From contig CM068771.1 in the NCBI GenBank assembly GCA_035084275.1, positions 4,278,001-4,342,000 on the forward strand: DNA of 64,000 bases, given 5' to 3'. This document shows positions 50,116 through 64,000 of the stretch, piece after piece. Both the position numbers and the translations under genes were made by a program. Position 1 is the first letter of the stretch; the number at the start of each line of letters is the position of its first letter. A model generated the notes under the pieces. It saw nothing but the letters and a program-made list of their open reading frames with translations, made no database searches and was not told the DNA's origin. The DNA is from Hydrolagus colliei. Its lineage: Eukaryota.

Positions 50116-50605
50116 GTATATTGACTACAAACACTGACTACACACACACACACACTACAGTGTGTGAAGTATACAGTAGTTTACGGTGTGTGAGTGTGTG
50201 TACGATCAGTGGATATACACAGTCACTGTGGGTCTAAATAAATGCAAACTAAGAATAAGAATAATCCTCGCATTTGGTACAGCACCTCATTAGGTCTTTG
50301 AGACGTCTCAAAGCCAGAGTGTAACAGACTGTACATTTTGTGGGCGAAATGCTGTAGCCAACTGCGCACAGCAGCGTCCCCCCAAAAGGTAGTGGATCGA
50401 GGGACCAAATTCTTATAGTTTTTTATTTTTTAAGGGATTATTACTCCCGAAAATGGCAACTCGCCAATCGACAGGTTTCTACTTGCTGCTAGGCATATAG
50501 AGGCTTGTTGAGTGAGGAAACTTGCCTCACTTTTCGCCCTGTGTGTGTACAGTCAGCGTATGACTGCCCCTGACTGTTTCTCTCTCTCGTGTCTTCTCCC
50601 CACAG

Positions 50606-50740
50606 CTGCCTCACTCCCTGCGCAGCCTCGACGAAGTCACATACGCAGAGATCAACTGGACCCCGATGAGGAGACCCAGCCCACAGCCCGGGGCTCTGTG
50701 TGCACACACTGACTACATACACACTGAGTACAGCAGCATC
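50606..50740 (+). other. Second copy of the orphan ITIM/ITSM exon
   Basis: Same acceptor and motifs (one R to G change); again ends at a gap after AGCAGCATC. Confidence 0.6.
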
Positions 50741-53713
50741 NNNNNNNNNNNNNNNNNNNNNNNNNNNNNNNNNNNNNNNNNNNNNNNNNNNNNNNNNNNN
50801 NNNNNNNNNNNNNNNNNNNNNNNNNNNNNNNNNNNNNNNNNNNNNNNNNNNNNNNNNNNNNNNNNNNNNNNNNNNNNNNNNNNNNNNNNNNNNNNNNNNN
50901 NNNNNNNNNNNNNNNNNNNNNNNNNNNNNNNNNNNNNNNNNNNNNNNNNNNNNNNNNNNNNNNNNNNNNNNNNNNNNNNNNNNNNNNNNNNNNNNNNNNN
51001 NNNNNNNNNNNNNNNNNNNNNNNNNNNNNNNNNNNCGAACTGACACACTGACACACACACTGACACACACACACTGACACACACTGACACACACACACAC
51101 TGACACACACACACTGACACACACACACTGACTACATACACACTGAGTACAGCANNNNNNNNNNNNNNNNNNNNNNNNNNNNNNNNNNNNNNNNNNNNNN
51201 NNNNNNNNNNNNNNNNNNNNNNNNNNNNNNNNNNNNNNNNNNNNNNNNNNNNNNNNNNNNNNNNNNNNNNNNNNNNNNNNNNNNNNNNNNNNNNNNNNNN
51301 NNNNNNNNNNNNNNNNNNNNNNNNNNNNNNNNNNNNNNNNNNNNNNNNNNNNNNNNNNNNNNNNNNNNNNNNNNNNNNNNNNNNNNNNNNNNNNNNNNNN
51401 NNNNNNNNNNNNNNNNNNNNNNNNNNNNNNNNNNNNNNNNNNNNNNNNNNNNNNNNNNNNNNNNNNNNNNNNNNNNNNNNNNNNNNNNNNNNNNNNNNNN
51501 NNNNNNNNNNNNNNNNNNNNNNNNNNNNNNNNNNNNNNNNNNNNNNNNNNNNNNNNNNNNNNNNNNNNNNNNNNNNNNNNNNNNNCACACAATCTAAGTA
51601 CACCAGCATCCAAACTGACACACATGTGGAAACACACACATTANNNNNNNNNNNNNNNNNNNNNNNNNNNNNNNNNNNNNNNNNNNNNNNNNNNNNNNNN
51701 NNNNNNNNNNNNNNNNNNNNNNNNNNNNNNNNNNNNNNNNNNNNNNNNNNNNNNNNNNNNNNNNNNNNNNNNNNNNNNNNNNNNNNNNNNNNNNNNNNNN
51801 NNNNNNNNNNNNNNNNNNNNNNNNNNNNNNNNNNNNNNNNNNNNNNNNNNNNNNNNNNNNNNNNNNNNNNNNNNNNNNNNNNNNNNNNNNNNNNNNNNNN
51901 NNNNNNNNNNNNNNNNNNNNNNNNNNNNNNNNNNNNNNNNNNNNNNNNNNNNNNNNNNNNNNNNNNNNNNNNNNNNNNNNNNNNNNNNNNNNNNNNNNNN
52001 NNNNNNNNNNNNNNNNNNNNNNNNNNNNNNNNNNNNNNNNNNNNNNNNAATTTAATGTTATTTAATTAACAGTAATTTAAAAAATGAAAAATAAAATTTT
52101 AATTGAAAAAAACGTTTGGTGCAATGTATGAGCTCCTGTGGCTCAGTGATTAGAGCACTTGTCTTGCAAGGCTGGGGAGACCTGTGTTCGAATCCAGGCA
52201 GGTCAGGGCAAAACGTCAGGCAAGTTTCCTTACGCCACACGCCTAATAATAATCCCTCCAACAAAAAAAACACAACAATAAAGTTGGTCATTTCAATCCA
52301 CGACTGTGTGTGGGGGGGACGCCGCTGTGCGCAATTGGCTGCCGCGTTTCACCCACAAATATATGCAGTCACTTCACTTTACAGTGTATTCTGTGAAGCG
52401 CTTTGGGACGTCGATAAGATGTGAAAAGCGCCGTATCAAATGCAAGGATTATTATATATATATGACCGAGTGAGACACCATTGTCCACGCAATTTAATAA
52501 ATAATAATCCCTGTCTGACACACATACCTTCTCGTGTCTGGGGGACGTCTCAAAGCGCTTCACAGGATTCATCCCCCCTACCTCGTCTCTCCTCACAGCA
52601 GTACTGCTGCTTCCGCTCTACTGGGTCTGGCCTCCTCCTTGTCCCCCTGAATCCTATGCTCTACCATTGGCAGCCGTGCTTTCCACCACTGTGCCCTGAA
52701 ACTTTGGAGTTTGGAACTCCCTCCCTCAACCCCTTCACCTCAAACCCTCCTTTCCACCATCTTCAGGTGGCACCTGAGACCTTTCTCATTGACTTGAGCC
52801 ATACGGACATGGAGGTGCAGAGGGACTGAACGTCCAGTGTGAAAAGGAGACGTTCAGGACCGTGCAACTGGAAATTGTCGAAATGTCGGAGCGCGTCCGA
52901 CGAGTCACGGATATAGTTGGGTAGGGATTGGACGAGGGGAGAAAAAATGTAGTCTAAATATGATGAAATGAATTCAGTGGGACAGGAGCAGGCTGAGACA
53001 ACGGGTCTGCCAGGACAGTCCTGTTTAGGAATCTTGGGGAGAAAGTGTAGGCGGGCTGTGCGGGGTTGGGTGACTATGAGGTTGGACGCAGTAGGAGGAA
53101 GGTCACCAGCGGAGATGAGGTTATTAACTACCTCAGTGACGGAGGCTTGGTGTTGAGCTGTGGGGTCATGGTTGAGTGGAAGGTAGGCGGAGTTGTCGGA
53201 GAGCTGGCGTTTGGCCTCTGCCAGATACGGCTCCTTACGCCAGACAACGACAGCAGCACCCTGGTCAGCTGGTTTGATGATGAAATCAGGGTTGGTCCTG
53301 AGGGAGTGGAGTGCAGTGCGTTCAGAGGGAGAGAGGCTGTTGTTTGCTGTTGGACTGAAGGTGAGGCTCTGACCAGACTCAGACAACAATATGTGAGGAG
53401 CTACCGTCAACACTCGCAGTGAACATCACAGGACTGTTGCCCACTCTATGATGTAGGGAATATTTGAACTGTTTGTGTGTGTTTTCATGTGATTCCCACA
53501 AACCAGGAAATCAGCAGGAAACCAAAACCAGAAATAGTCTCTGAACATTGCCATCTTGGGACACAAGTTCAATTCACTTCTAACAGTGAAGATTCTTCTC
53601 TTTCAGGACAAACCCAAACAGGTCAGTGTCAGAAATTGTTTCCTGAAATAAAATTAGACAGTGATATAAAAACAATCATACTTTTACATTATATCGCAGT
53701 TACAGGATTGACT

Positions 53714-53726
53714 GGTTTCACTTTCG
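53714..53726 (+). promoter_or_regulatory. ISRE/IRF element near the 5' end of BTN copy 3
   Basis: Identical GGTTTCACTTTCG. Confidence 0.55.
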
Positions 53727-54231
53727 CACCCTGTGATGTTGAGTTTAACTGTGAAATAAATGTTCTCCATTGTCAGGTTTGTGTAAATAGTAAAGCGGGA
53801 GCGGCTGCTGTGAGTTTATTCCCAGTTTGTTGTTTAAACGCTGAGAATTGGAGGCCAGTGAGGAGTGAGGGGAATGGGAGCCTCGTCTCTGACCTGCACC
53901 TTGTTGGGGGTGAATAAGGAGCAGCTCTGAGGAGAGGGAGGGGAGGAGCACATAGAGCAGTCACACACAACATGTTTCTTCCCCAAAACTACCTCATGGA
54001 GACCCCCCAGTGTGGGGCTGGGGGGGGCCTCACTGTCACAGTTAAACTTCCCAAATCATTATTCCGACAGAGATGGCAGTTTGTTCTGCTGTGTGTGTGT
54101 AAATGTTGTAAGATCGCAGAATTATTCATTAGGTTTTTTATTTTGACCAATTATGTACAAACACAAATCTCTGTAATTATCTGATTTGCTGTTGCAACCA
54201 GATGTGATCTCAATGTGAAGGCCCGAAGAAG

Positions 54232-57200
54232 ATGATCTGGAAACGCTGTATTCAGGTCCTGTGGCTTGTGCTCCCCCTCTCTCTGGCTGGTAAGGAAACA
54301 CGTTGAATCTGTTTGGTTTCTGCTGATGGTAAAGGGAGGACCTCTCCATTCTGGTTCGTGTCCATAGGAAAGTGTAAAAGTTCCAAATGACATTTGTGTT
54401 TATTTGCGGCCAGGGCTCACTATGTCTCCTCATCCTTCTTGATCTTCCCACGGCCACTAACATGGTTGACCACTTTATCCTTCTCCACTCCCTTTCCTCT
54501 CAGCTCCACGTTCGTGGCTCTGTCCTTTCCTGGTTCTGTTCTTACCTTTCCCATCGTCTCCACTTTGTTTCCACCAATGACTTCTCCTGTATCCCACGCT
54601 CCATCACATGTGATGATATCCAGGGTTCTTTACCTGGTCCTACCCTTTTTAATATTTACATTCTCTCGCTTCCGGATGTGGGTGACAATCAACTCTGTCT
54701 CTCTGCCTATACCCCCAACTCCAGGAACAATGCTGTCCTGATAGATTGTCGGTCAGACAAGGCTTGGATGAGACCCAATTTCCTAACTATAAATGTACAA
54801 GACTAAGGCTCTCCATCACCATCCTTTCCTTCCATCAGCATCTCTGCACCCCGGGCACTGACGGCATCAATATTCGTGGATGTACTCTCCACCACCAATA
54901 CATAAGAACTTAAGTATTAGGCGCAGGACTAGGCCATTTGGCCCCTCAAGCCTGCCCCGCCATTCAATAATACCATGGCTGATCTTCAAATCTAACTCCA
55001 CCTATGCGCCTCATTTCCATATCCCATAATCCCTTTGTCCAAAGAAATCTATCAATTTCAGTCTTGAATATGCTAAAGGATTGAACATCTACAGTTTTTT
55101 GGGTTAGAAAATTCCATAAATTCACTAGCCTCTGAGTGCAGAAGTTTTCCCTCAACTCATTGTGAAAAGGCTGACACCTATTCTTAAGACTATAACCCCA
55201 ACCAGGATCACCAACCAGGGGAAACAGTCTCCCACTGTCTACTCTGTCATGGCCCTTAATAATCTTATAGGTTTCTTTCATGTCACCTCTCATTCTTCAA
55301 ATGCAAGGATTATTATTATAGTTCAATTGCGGCTGCCAAAGGGAACTTCTACTTTATGTTAGTATGTCACTAACTTTCTGTTGATAGTTATTCTGAGACA
55401 ATGTGACTGAAAATCCTAACTATTGTCGATTGTTTGTTACTGAACAGAGAGATTCACAGTCAATGTTCCCAGTCACCCTGCCCTAGCCATTGCTGGTTCA
55501 GATGTTGTCCTGGACTGTAAGTGTTCCACAAAGCTGCCATTAGAGGGTGTGGAGGTGAGATGGTTCAGGGTGAGATTCGACTCCCCTGTGCACTTATTTA
55601 AAGAGGGACATCATCAACTGGATATACAGGATGAAGCCTATAGACACAGAACACAACTGTTTGAAGAGAAGTTTATCAATGGTGATGTGTCTCTCATTCT
55701 GGAAGATGTACGGGGGACAGATCATGGAGAGTACACTTGTTTCGTCGAGTACGACGGATCGTATGAACAGGGAGTGATAGAGTTGAAAGTTATAGGTCAG
55801 TAATGTTTCCAATTCATTTTATTACATGTAATCTGTGTGTGCAAGAATTCACTCATCTTTAATAAGTTCAAAGTACAATAATTTCTATGAACAAGAATGT
55901 CCGTTTATTCAGAATGTTGTAGATGTGTTTTTGTTAAGTTACTGCACTGTAATGTCCCGGGTAAAATATTGTCTGATTCATGTCTCCTGTCTCTTCCAGG
56001 CCTTGGCAGTCAGCCTTGGATTCATGTTGATGGACAACACAATGGTGGTGTGATGCTATTGTGTGAATCCAGTGGATGGTTCCCAGCACCAGAGGTTCTG
56101 TGGTTTGATGATCAGGGAAACAAATTATCAACACTCAGTAACTGGACAGTCAAACAGGATTCTAAAGGTCTCTTCAGTGTTCAAAGCCAAATAGAAATAA
56201 TCCATTCAACCAACAAGATCAAGTGTCTGATTCATAATTCAGAAAATGAACAAGAAGGAAAACTCCAAATCTTGGGTTGGTAAACACAGTAAATATTAAT
56301 GTTGGTCTGAAAAATATGATGTAGATTTATTATAATAACTCTTGCATTTGAAATAACACTTTTCACGTTTTCTATGCATCTCAAATTGCTTCACAGAATA
56401 TACTGTAAAATATATTGGCTGTGTATACATGGGCGAAACGTGGCAGAAAGTTGCGCACAGCAGTGTCCCTCAAACAGCTGTGTATTAAAATAACCAATTA
56501 TTATTGTGTCTTTTTGAGGGACTATTATTAGCTGTGCAGAGTAAGGAAACTTGCCCAAAGTTTCACCCCACCGGGAATCAAACTCACGTCTCGCGCTTGT
56601 CAGGGGAGTGCTCTAATCACTGAGCTACAGGACTCCATAAAGTATTGTACAGGACTTCACTTGATGTGTTGTACAACACATGAAGTGAATACATATCGGT
56701 CTGGATGATACGGTCTATCTAATTTCATCCTTTCAAAATATGAAACTCGTAAGAATTAGGAGCAGGAGTAGGCCACTCGGTCGCTCGAGCCTGCCCCACC
56801 ATTCAATAAGATCATGGCTGATCTATTCTAACTCCATCTACCCGCGTTATCCCCATATCCATTCATCATCTCCTTTATCTCTCTATTATCCCTCTCATCA
56901 TCTTTAATAACAACTATTTACATTTGTAAATTGCCTTTCACATCGAGACAACGTCCCAATGTGGAAGATGCTATAAAACGTCAAAGATTTGGTCATCAGC
57001 TGGGGGATAGGGTCAAGAAGGATGGAAGGCAGGTGGGTGGGAGTAGGTGGGTGACCGAATGTATGGTCAAAGTGGTGGGTGTTGAAGGTGAGAAGGGACA
57101 GCCCGAGGTGGAGGGACTGTGGATGGGGTTCCAAAAATACCTCCGTACTCCAGCCCACCCAACCTTCCTGTTAATTATTCAAGCTGCTTATTATGTTAGG

Positions 57201-60200
57201 AATGAATCAATACTGAATGTCAACGTGACTGAAGCTCTCCTGATTAGCTCCAGTCAGCGCCTTCACATCTCAGGTACTGGCAGCATCAACAACAACAACA
57301 AATTACATTTATAGAGCGCCTTTCACGTCGGGAGGACGTCCCAAGGCGCTGAATGTACAACCTCCATGGTTGTACATTCCATATCAACAAACCAGTCAGG
57401 AACCTAGATGTCTTGTTCTATCCTCAACTGTCTTTCCTCCCCCACTTACAAGCCGTGACTCATTCTGCCTTCAATCACCTCCGCAACATTGCCCAACTCC
57501 GCCACTAGGTCACCCCTCAGGCCGCTGAAACTGTATCCAATATGATACCAGGCTTCACTTTGATTGAAGCCTGTGGTAGCGACTGAGCTATTGTGTGTAA
57601 TACAGTAACATGGGGGTAAATGTAGGCATTTAGTGTTTGATATCAGAATAGATGTTTGAATGTATATTTACATTTCTTGACAGATGAGTTCTTCCCCAAA
57701 GTGCCAGTGGGTTTGGTGGTCTCCTCACTGCTCTTAGGACTTGCCATAATAGTGCTGAGTGTTCTTGTCGTCTACAGTGTAAAACAGCACCGAGAGATCA
57801 AAGGTACGTTTCCGTCAGTAACATCCCTCAACTTAACACTGTGTTACTGTTTGTGTGAGAATATGCAAGTTCTATAAATCAATTGCTTTCTCCCTTCACT
57901 CAGTAACCACCTGGCCTGTTTCATGTCACTGCCCTATTCTTCCCCCCCATCAGCAAGTTAGGCTTTCAACCTATCTGTCCCCACTCTCTGGAACTCAATC
58001 CAACTGTCTTTTCGAATCAGTCTTTCCAAATCACTGCCACATCATCCCATTCTGAAAGATGCTCTATAAATGTCATTTTGTTGTTGTTGTTTAATAGGCC
58101 CCCTCTCCCCACTCTCACTGACTCACTGGAGACAATAAAACAGCATCTTAGACTACCACAGCTTGGCTAAATTATTAATTATTGCAGTATTATCTCATCG
58201 CTCGCTCCTCTCTCCCTTCTCTCGTTGAACGCTCCACTCCACTCTTCTCTTATCACTCGCTCCACTCTCCCTTCTCCGCCTAAGGGTGCATCGCGCGAGG
58301 GCGGTGAACTCCCATATGCAGACCAGCCAGCCAGCGCATATACGCACGTTATTCAATAAAGTCACGCATTTTTTTCTTCGCGCATGTTTGAGTTCACAAT
58401 TGAGAAAGATGCGATCGACGAGTGCCTACTGTAACTGAGTTGAGCTTTATTCTGTGTAGTTTATCGCTTGTTATTGTTGTAAACAGGTAGTTTGACCACT
58501 AAATAATACTGTATTCAATATTGGTTTCTAACAGTTTTGCTTTGTATCCTCCAGATCTTGAGAAGACAGTTGGTAAGTCATCAAAGTAAAATAACAATCT
58601 CATATTATGATTACTCTCACTCACAAGGTTCACACAAATCAGACGTAAGGTGGTGTTACAACACTTCTGTTTGCCAACAAAAGGCAAAGTTACTACACTC
58701 TCCTGTCAACCTGGGGAAATGCTCATGGGGAGCCAAATCAAATTCAAGGATTATTATTGTGGTATAAGGTTAACTTGCAATTCTTTAGCGCTCTCCACGC
58801 AGGGCAGCATCTCAAAGCACTTAAGAATGGCGGAGCCTGACTGTGGTCTGGGGGGGTGGTTGGGCCGTAAGCATGTAGGAAAAGGAATGTTTTAAGGCAG
58901 GTCTTAAGGGGAGATGGGGAGCAAGGCAGAGGGATTGAAGGAGAGAATCCATTGTTTCGGGGGTCGGTCGCTGAATGTATCAAGGTGGAGAGGAGGGAAA
59001 GTTCGCTGGGAAGTTGACATGTATATGAGATACATGATAAGAGACTTGAAGGAGTATATGGATAGGGCAGAACAGCTGCTGTAAGAAAAGATTGCTTTAA
59101 TAACTCTTACAAACTAGATATTTCACGTCATTAACTGTTCATTTTCTTCGCTTAGACAACAGTGGCTTGTCAATATACACACATTTCAGGGAGGGGGTGG
59201 GGTGGATAGAATGAGCAAGCTTGTCAGTAACACAGGGAGTGAGTCAATGATGGAGGGATGGAGGAAATGAAAGAAGAAGGTATTGAGAGAGAACAACAAC
59301 AATATTGCACTTATATAGCGCTTTTCACGTCGGGAGGACGTCCCAAAGCGTCTCCCAAAACAAGGGAGTGATTTGGGAGCTACATAAGGTTTGATCACTT
59401 CTCTCTTGGTTCTAGGGTGGAAGAGGATTTGTAGGTGTGCAGGTAAGAGTCTAACTGCTAAAGGAACCTGACTCCCCCCCAACCACCCCGCCACACACTT
59501 ACATTCCCTCCCCACCCCCCACCCACCCCCCACACACATGAACTCAATCCCCACCCACACACATACTCCCGCTGAGGGTGGTGTGGGAGTATGTGATGGT
59601 ATCTCACACACCATCACATACCCCCACACCACTCACACACACTCATATCTCTCTCCCACACACACCATCAAATCCCCCCGACACACACATCACCTTACAC
59701 CACACCCCCCACACAACAACAAATATTACATTGATAGAGCGCCTTTCACATTGGGAAGATGTCCCAAGGCGCTGAACAGTCGGGTCAGGACCCGAGCAAG
59801 GGGGAGGGGCAAGGTGGGTGGGGGGAGGGGAGGGAGAGAGTTGGGAGGGCAGCTGATGGCACTGACCAAGAGGAGAGTCTTGAGACTGGCCTTGAAGGAG
59901 GTGAAGGGGAAGTGAGGTGAAGGGACTATGGGATGGAGTTTCAGAGTGTGGGGGCAGAGGCTGAAAGCCCGGCCACCAATGGGAGGGCAGATCAAGCGGA
60001 GAACATGGAGCAGCCTGCAGCCTGGGGTGGGCAGGTTGATAGGATGTCAGCCGGTCAGAGAGATAGGAGGGGGCAAGGTAGTGAAACGTCTTGAAAGTGA
60101 GGACAACCCCAAACACCCCCTCCCCACAATGCACATAACCTCACAAGCCTCCAACACAACTCTCCCTCCTCCCCCCGCCCCCCCCCCCCCACACACACAC

Positions 60201-61829
60201 CCCCACAAACACCCTGGCATTCCCTCCCAACACACGCCCTCACATCTTCCCTCTGGCCCCCCCACCCCCCACCGCCGCACACATCCTCACTTCCCCTCAC
60301 CTCCACACACCCTCATATCTCCCCCCACAACACACATAGTCACATCTCCCGCACACACCCTCAAACAACACTCCTCACACAAACCTCCACATAACCCACA
60401 AACACCCTTACAGCTCTCCCCCCCACACCTGCAAATTGCTCAGCCAAACACACCCTCATATTCCCCCCACCAAACACACTCACACCCGAACCCTACACAC
60501 CCTCAGTCACAACTCCCCCACCACACACATCCTTGCATTCCTCACCCACACATATACACATATCCCCCCATACACACCCTCATATCCCCTCCACACACAT
60601 CAAACTCCACCCACTAAACCCTCACATAACCCTCACATCCCCACACACACAGCCTCACATCCCCCTCACCCACACACCCTCACATCCCCCCTACACACAC
60701 ACCCTCACATCCCCCCTACACACACACACCCTCACACCCCCCCTACACACACACCCTCACATCCCCCCTCCACACTGACACACCCCAGTCCACACACCCT
60801 CACATTCCCCCCTCCTCCCCCCCCAACACACACCCTCACATCCCCCCCCAACACACACCCTCACATCCCATCACACACTCACCCCCAACACAAACATTTC
60901 CCACCCCCACACATGCTCATAATCCCCTCCAGACTTACATCATCCCCACACACCCTCACATCCCACCCCTCACACACACCCTCACATCCCACCCCTCACA
61001 CACACCCTCCCACCCCTCACACACACCCTCACATCCCACCCCTCACACACACCCTCACATCCCACCCCTCACACACACCCTCACATCCCCCCTCTTCCTC
61101 TCCCCTCCACACACACCCCCACATCACCGCCCAACTCGTCCCCCTACCCCCCCCCCCCCCACACCCACAGACTCTCTGAGCCTTTGTGTTGGATTCTGTT
61201 CCCAGGAGATGTCAGTGTTTGACACAAAGGCTTCTCTCCCGAAGCTGAAGATCATCTTATTTACAATTGTCAATGTGTCCGACATTAATGGTCTGGTTCT
61301 CACTCTAGTTACAGTCACTCTGGATCCTGACACAGCCCATCCCCGGCTCATCCTGTCTGAGGACCTGACCAGTGTGAGACGCGGAGACACATGGCAGCCG
61401 CTCCCTGACACCCCAAAGAGGTTTAGTGTCTATGCCATTGTCCTGGGGTCTGAGGGCTTCACATCAGGGAGACATTACTGGGAGGTGCAGGTGGGGAACA
61501 AGACAAGGTGGATTGTGGGATTGGCCAGAGAGTCTGTCAACAGGAAACAACCGATCACATGGTCACCAGAGGGCGGGGTCTGGGGGGTGTGGCTGTGGGG
61601 CGGGGCCTATGAGGCTCTGACGTCACCCCCCACCCCCCTGCCCCTGACAGTGAGACCCGGGAAGGTCGGAGTTCACCTGGACTATGAGGGGGGACAGGTG
61701 TCAGTTTACGACGCTGATCACATGTCTCATCTCCACACCTTCACCCAAACTTTCACTGAGAGACTCTATCCTCTCTTCTATCCCGGGTTTGATTCTGAGC
61801 CTCTGACAATCTGCCCAGTGACTGGTTAA
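54232..61829 (+). CDS. Butyrophilin-like receptor, copy 3, complete, 455 aa; exons 54232-54289, 55448-55795, 56000-56275, 57684-57803, 58555-58572, 59416-59442, 61309-61829
   Basis: Same domain and exon architecture, GT-AG phase-1 introns, open joined frame. Confidence 0.9.
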
Positions 61830-64000
61830 CGAGGAGGAAAACGCTGAGACATTGACTAGGTTCACAGGTTGGTGGGGGGGGGGGGGGGGGGGGGGGGGGC
61901 TGGGGTGGGGGTGGAGGGGGTTGAGTGGCCATTTTAAGATGAGAGTTGGCTTTGGGTCAGTATCAATGGGGGGGGGGGGGGAATCAATCGCCTTGGCAAC
62001 CAACCGCTGACAAGGTGTGAGAGCGGCAAGAGGGGCCCATGTGTTGCGGTTGCTGGGAGGACTGACTGAGGTCCTCCTCATGGCTTTCCCTCCCATCTCT
62101 CATTAAATGGTGAGGGGGCGGGGGGAGATAGGGACTGAGCCCCCACCAGCCCTCACCACCCACCGTCTATTTGACTGTTGTAACCGCGAGGTTTGGATGG
62201 AGCCGAGTGTTTGATTCTGGGCTTTTCCCCCAGTTTTGAGCTGAGTCTGAGACAGGAATCAATTACAATGAAAACTTCATCACCAGCTGGTCTCTGGGCT
62301 TGTGCTGAGAGAATCTGAGCTTCCATCAGTGTGTGAGCTCACACGGTCTGAGACAGGGATATCGGCTGATATCTTCCTCTCCAGCAATGCCCAGTCTCAC
62401 AGTCGGGGGCTGGGCTCAGAATCTCACTGAAATCTCCCAAATCACTTTAGTGTCTATAAACAAGGTGACACATTCTACTCTAGCGTCAGCCTCGTCTCAC
62501 TGTGTATAAACAATGTGTAATGTGTATTTTCAGTGACTACTTTTATAATCTGTGTAACATTTCTCATTCACTGTAACAATCACTCAAGACATTTAACCCT
62601 CATTAAATCAATGTCCCGTTGTCTAGTCAAGTTGATATTATTATAGAAAATATTGTCATTGATTTGCAAAATACAAGAGCAATTAACAATAAATCATGTT
62701 ATGTCATTATTTTATGCCCAATGATTATACACACTCTACACACTCTCCTCGCCCTCCCCCTCCCTCTCCCACCCCCACCACCCCGAAACACTCAGACACT
62801 GATACACACACCACTGACCATCAACCCCTGATACAAGAACACAAACAAGTTACAGGTAGACCCCACTTAACGTCGCCTCGGTTAACGTACTTTCGTTATT
62901 ACATTGCTGATACATTGGAAACACACAAATATCCCTCCCCGACCGTGGAGGATACGTTCCTGAATCCCCCGCCCCCCCCCCCCCAAGTGATTAGTAAAAC
63001 CATGGTTGGCAAATACAAGGCCAACCGCGTGTCTGGTTGATGTAACTGGGTCATCGCACCAAACTCTAGTGTTAGTGTTGAAACCCATGGATGCGCAAAA
63101 TTCACTGCCGCGGTTGGCAAAGGTTGTCGCAGAGAGGAAACCACGGATACGGAGTGGGCAGCGAGAGAGATCGTCAGTGAGTGAGTGAGCCAGGAAGGCA
63201 GTCAGGGAGTGAGTGTAATGGGTTTGTTTTTGGAAATTTTTGACGAAAAATGTCCAAAAGAACCTAAATCCAGTTTTAACATTCATTCTTATGGGAAACA
63301 TGTAATCACTTAACGTTGTTTCGCTTAAAGTCGCACTTTTCAAGAACCAAACTACGATGTTAAGCGGGGTCTACCTGTACATTTTCACAGCATCTTTCAT
63401 GTCAGGAGGACGTCCCTAGGCGCTGACAATCAGGGATCCCCACCTGATCTGGTGTTTGGGATCAGGAGGGGTGGAGGACAGGGAGGGGAGGGTAAGAGGT
63501 TTACCAATGGCACGGTTGAATAGGGGGGTCTTCAGATGCGGCTTGAAGGAAGCAATGGAGGGCGTGAGGTGGAGAGACTGAGGGTGCGTGCAGAGAGGTT
63601 GATAGTTCACCTGCCAATGAGAGGGCGGAGCAGTTGATCGAGTTGTTATTACTGCATCATTGTCTTCAAGCTACTTGTGCACTTCTTATGAAGCTTTGCC
63701 TGATTTTCTGCTGTTTCCCACCCTTTTCCCCAAAAATGTCAGTTCACATTACAAACCGTTTGATTTGTATTTCTAACTAACCCCAGCACTTTCCGGAAGT
63801 TTATTTGATGTTTTAAGCTTTTTTCCAGCACTTTCTAGAAGTTGATCACCAGTAGGCACCTTCACGTGAACGTTTGGCTAATTTCCATCTGCACTTCCAT
63901 CTTGAAACATCCGTTGATTTGTATAAATTTCACACATGTTCACATTGAAATAATAATAACTTCACATTAACTTACGTTCAACGTCAAGGTGTTTTGAACA

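Overview
Vertebrate genomic scaffold with five N gaps. The DeuSINE, CR1, L2 and Penelope repeat mix suggests a cartilaginous fish, possibly a chimaera (inference). Most of the window is a recent tandem segmental duplication, with a period of about 24-27 kb, of one cassette: butyrophilin-like gene (+; signal, IgV, IgC, TM, 18-nt and 27-nt micro-exons, B30.2), HSE-rich promoter with intronless hsp70 (+), Tigger/pogo-derived TIGD gene (-), and an orphan ITIM/ITSM exon (+). Three BTN copies are visible (two complete, one losing its B30.2 exon in a gap), with two hsp70, two TIGD and two ITIM exons. Most striking: (1) both hsp70 ORFs stop at an in-frame TGA followed by 16 intact codons ending GPTVEEVD; (2) the hsp70 5' UTR begins with a copy-variable 16-mer array dense in DRACH motifs; (3) the BTN copies are mosaics with a swapped, divergent IgV and clustered amino-acid changes in B30.2; (4) a hAT element makes 5-bp TSDs and has a paralogous empty site. 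Caveat: gaps sit between the units, so some copies could be alleles assembled in tandem. All counts were made by eye.
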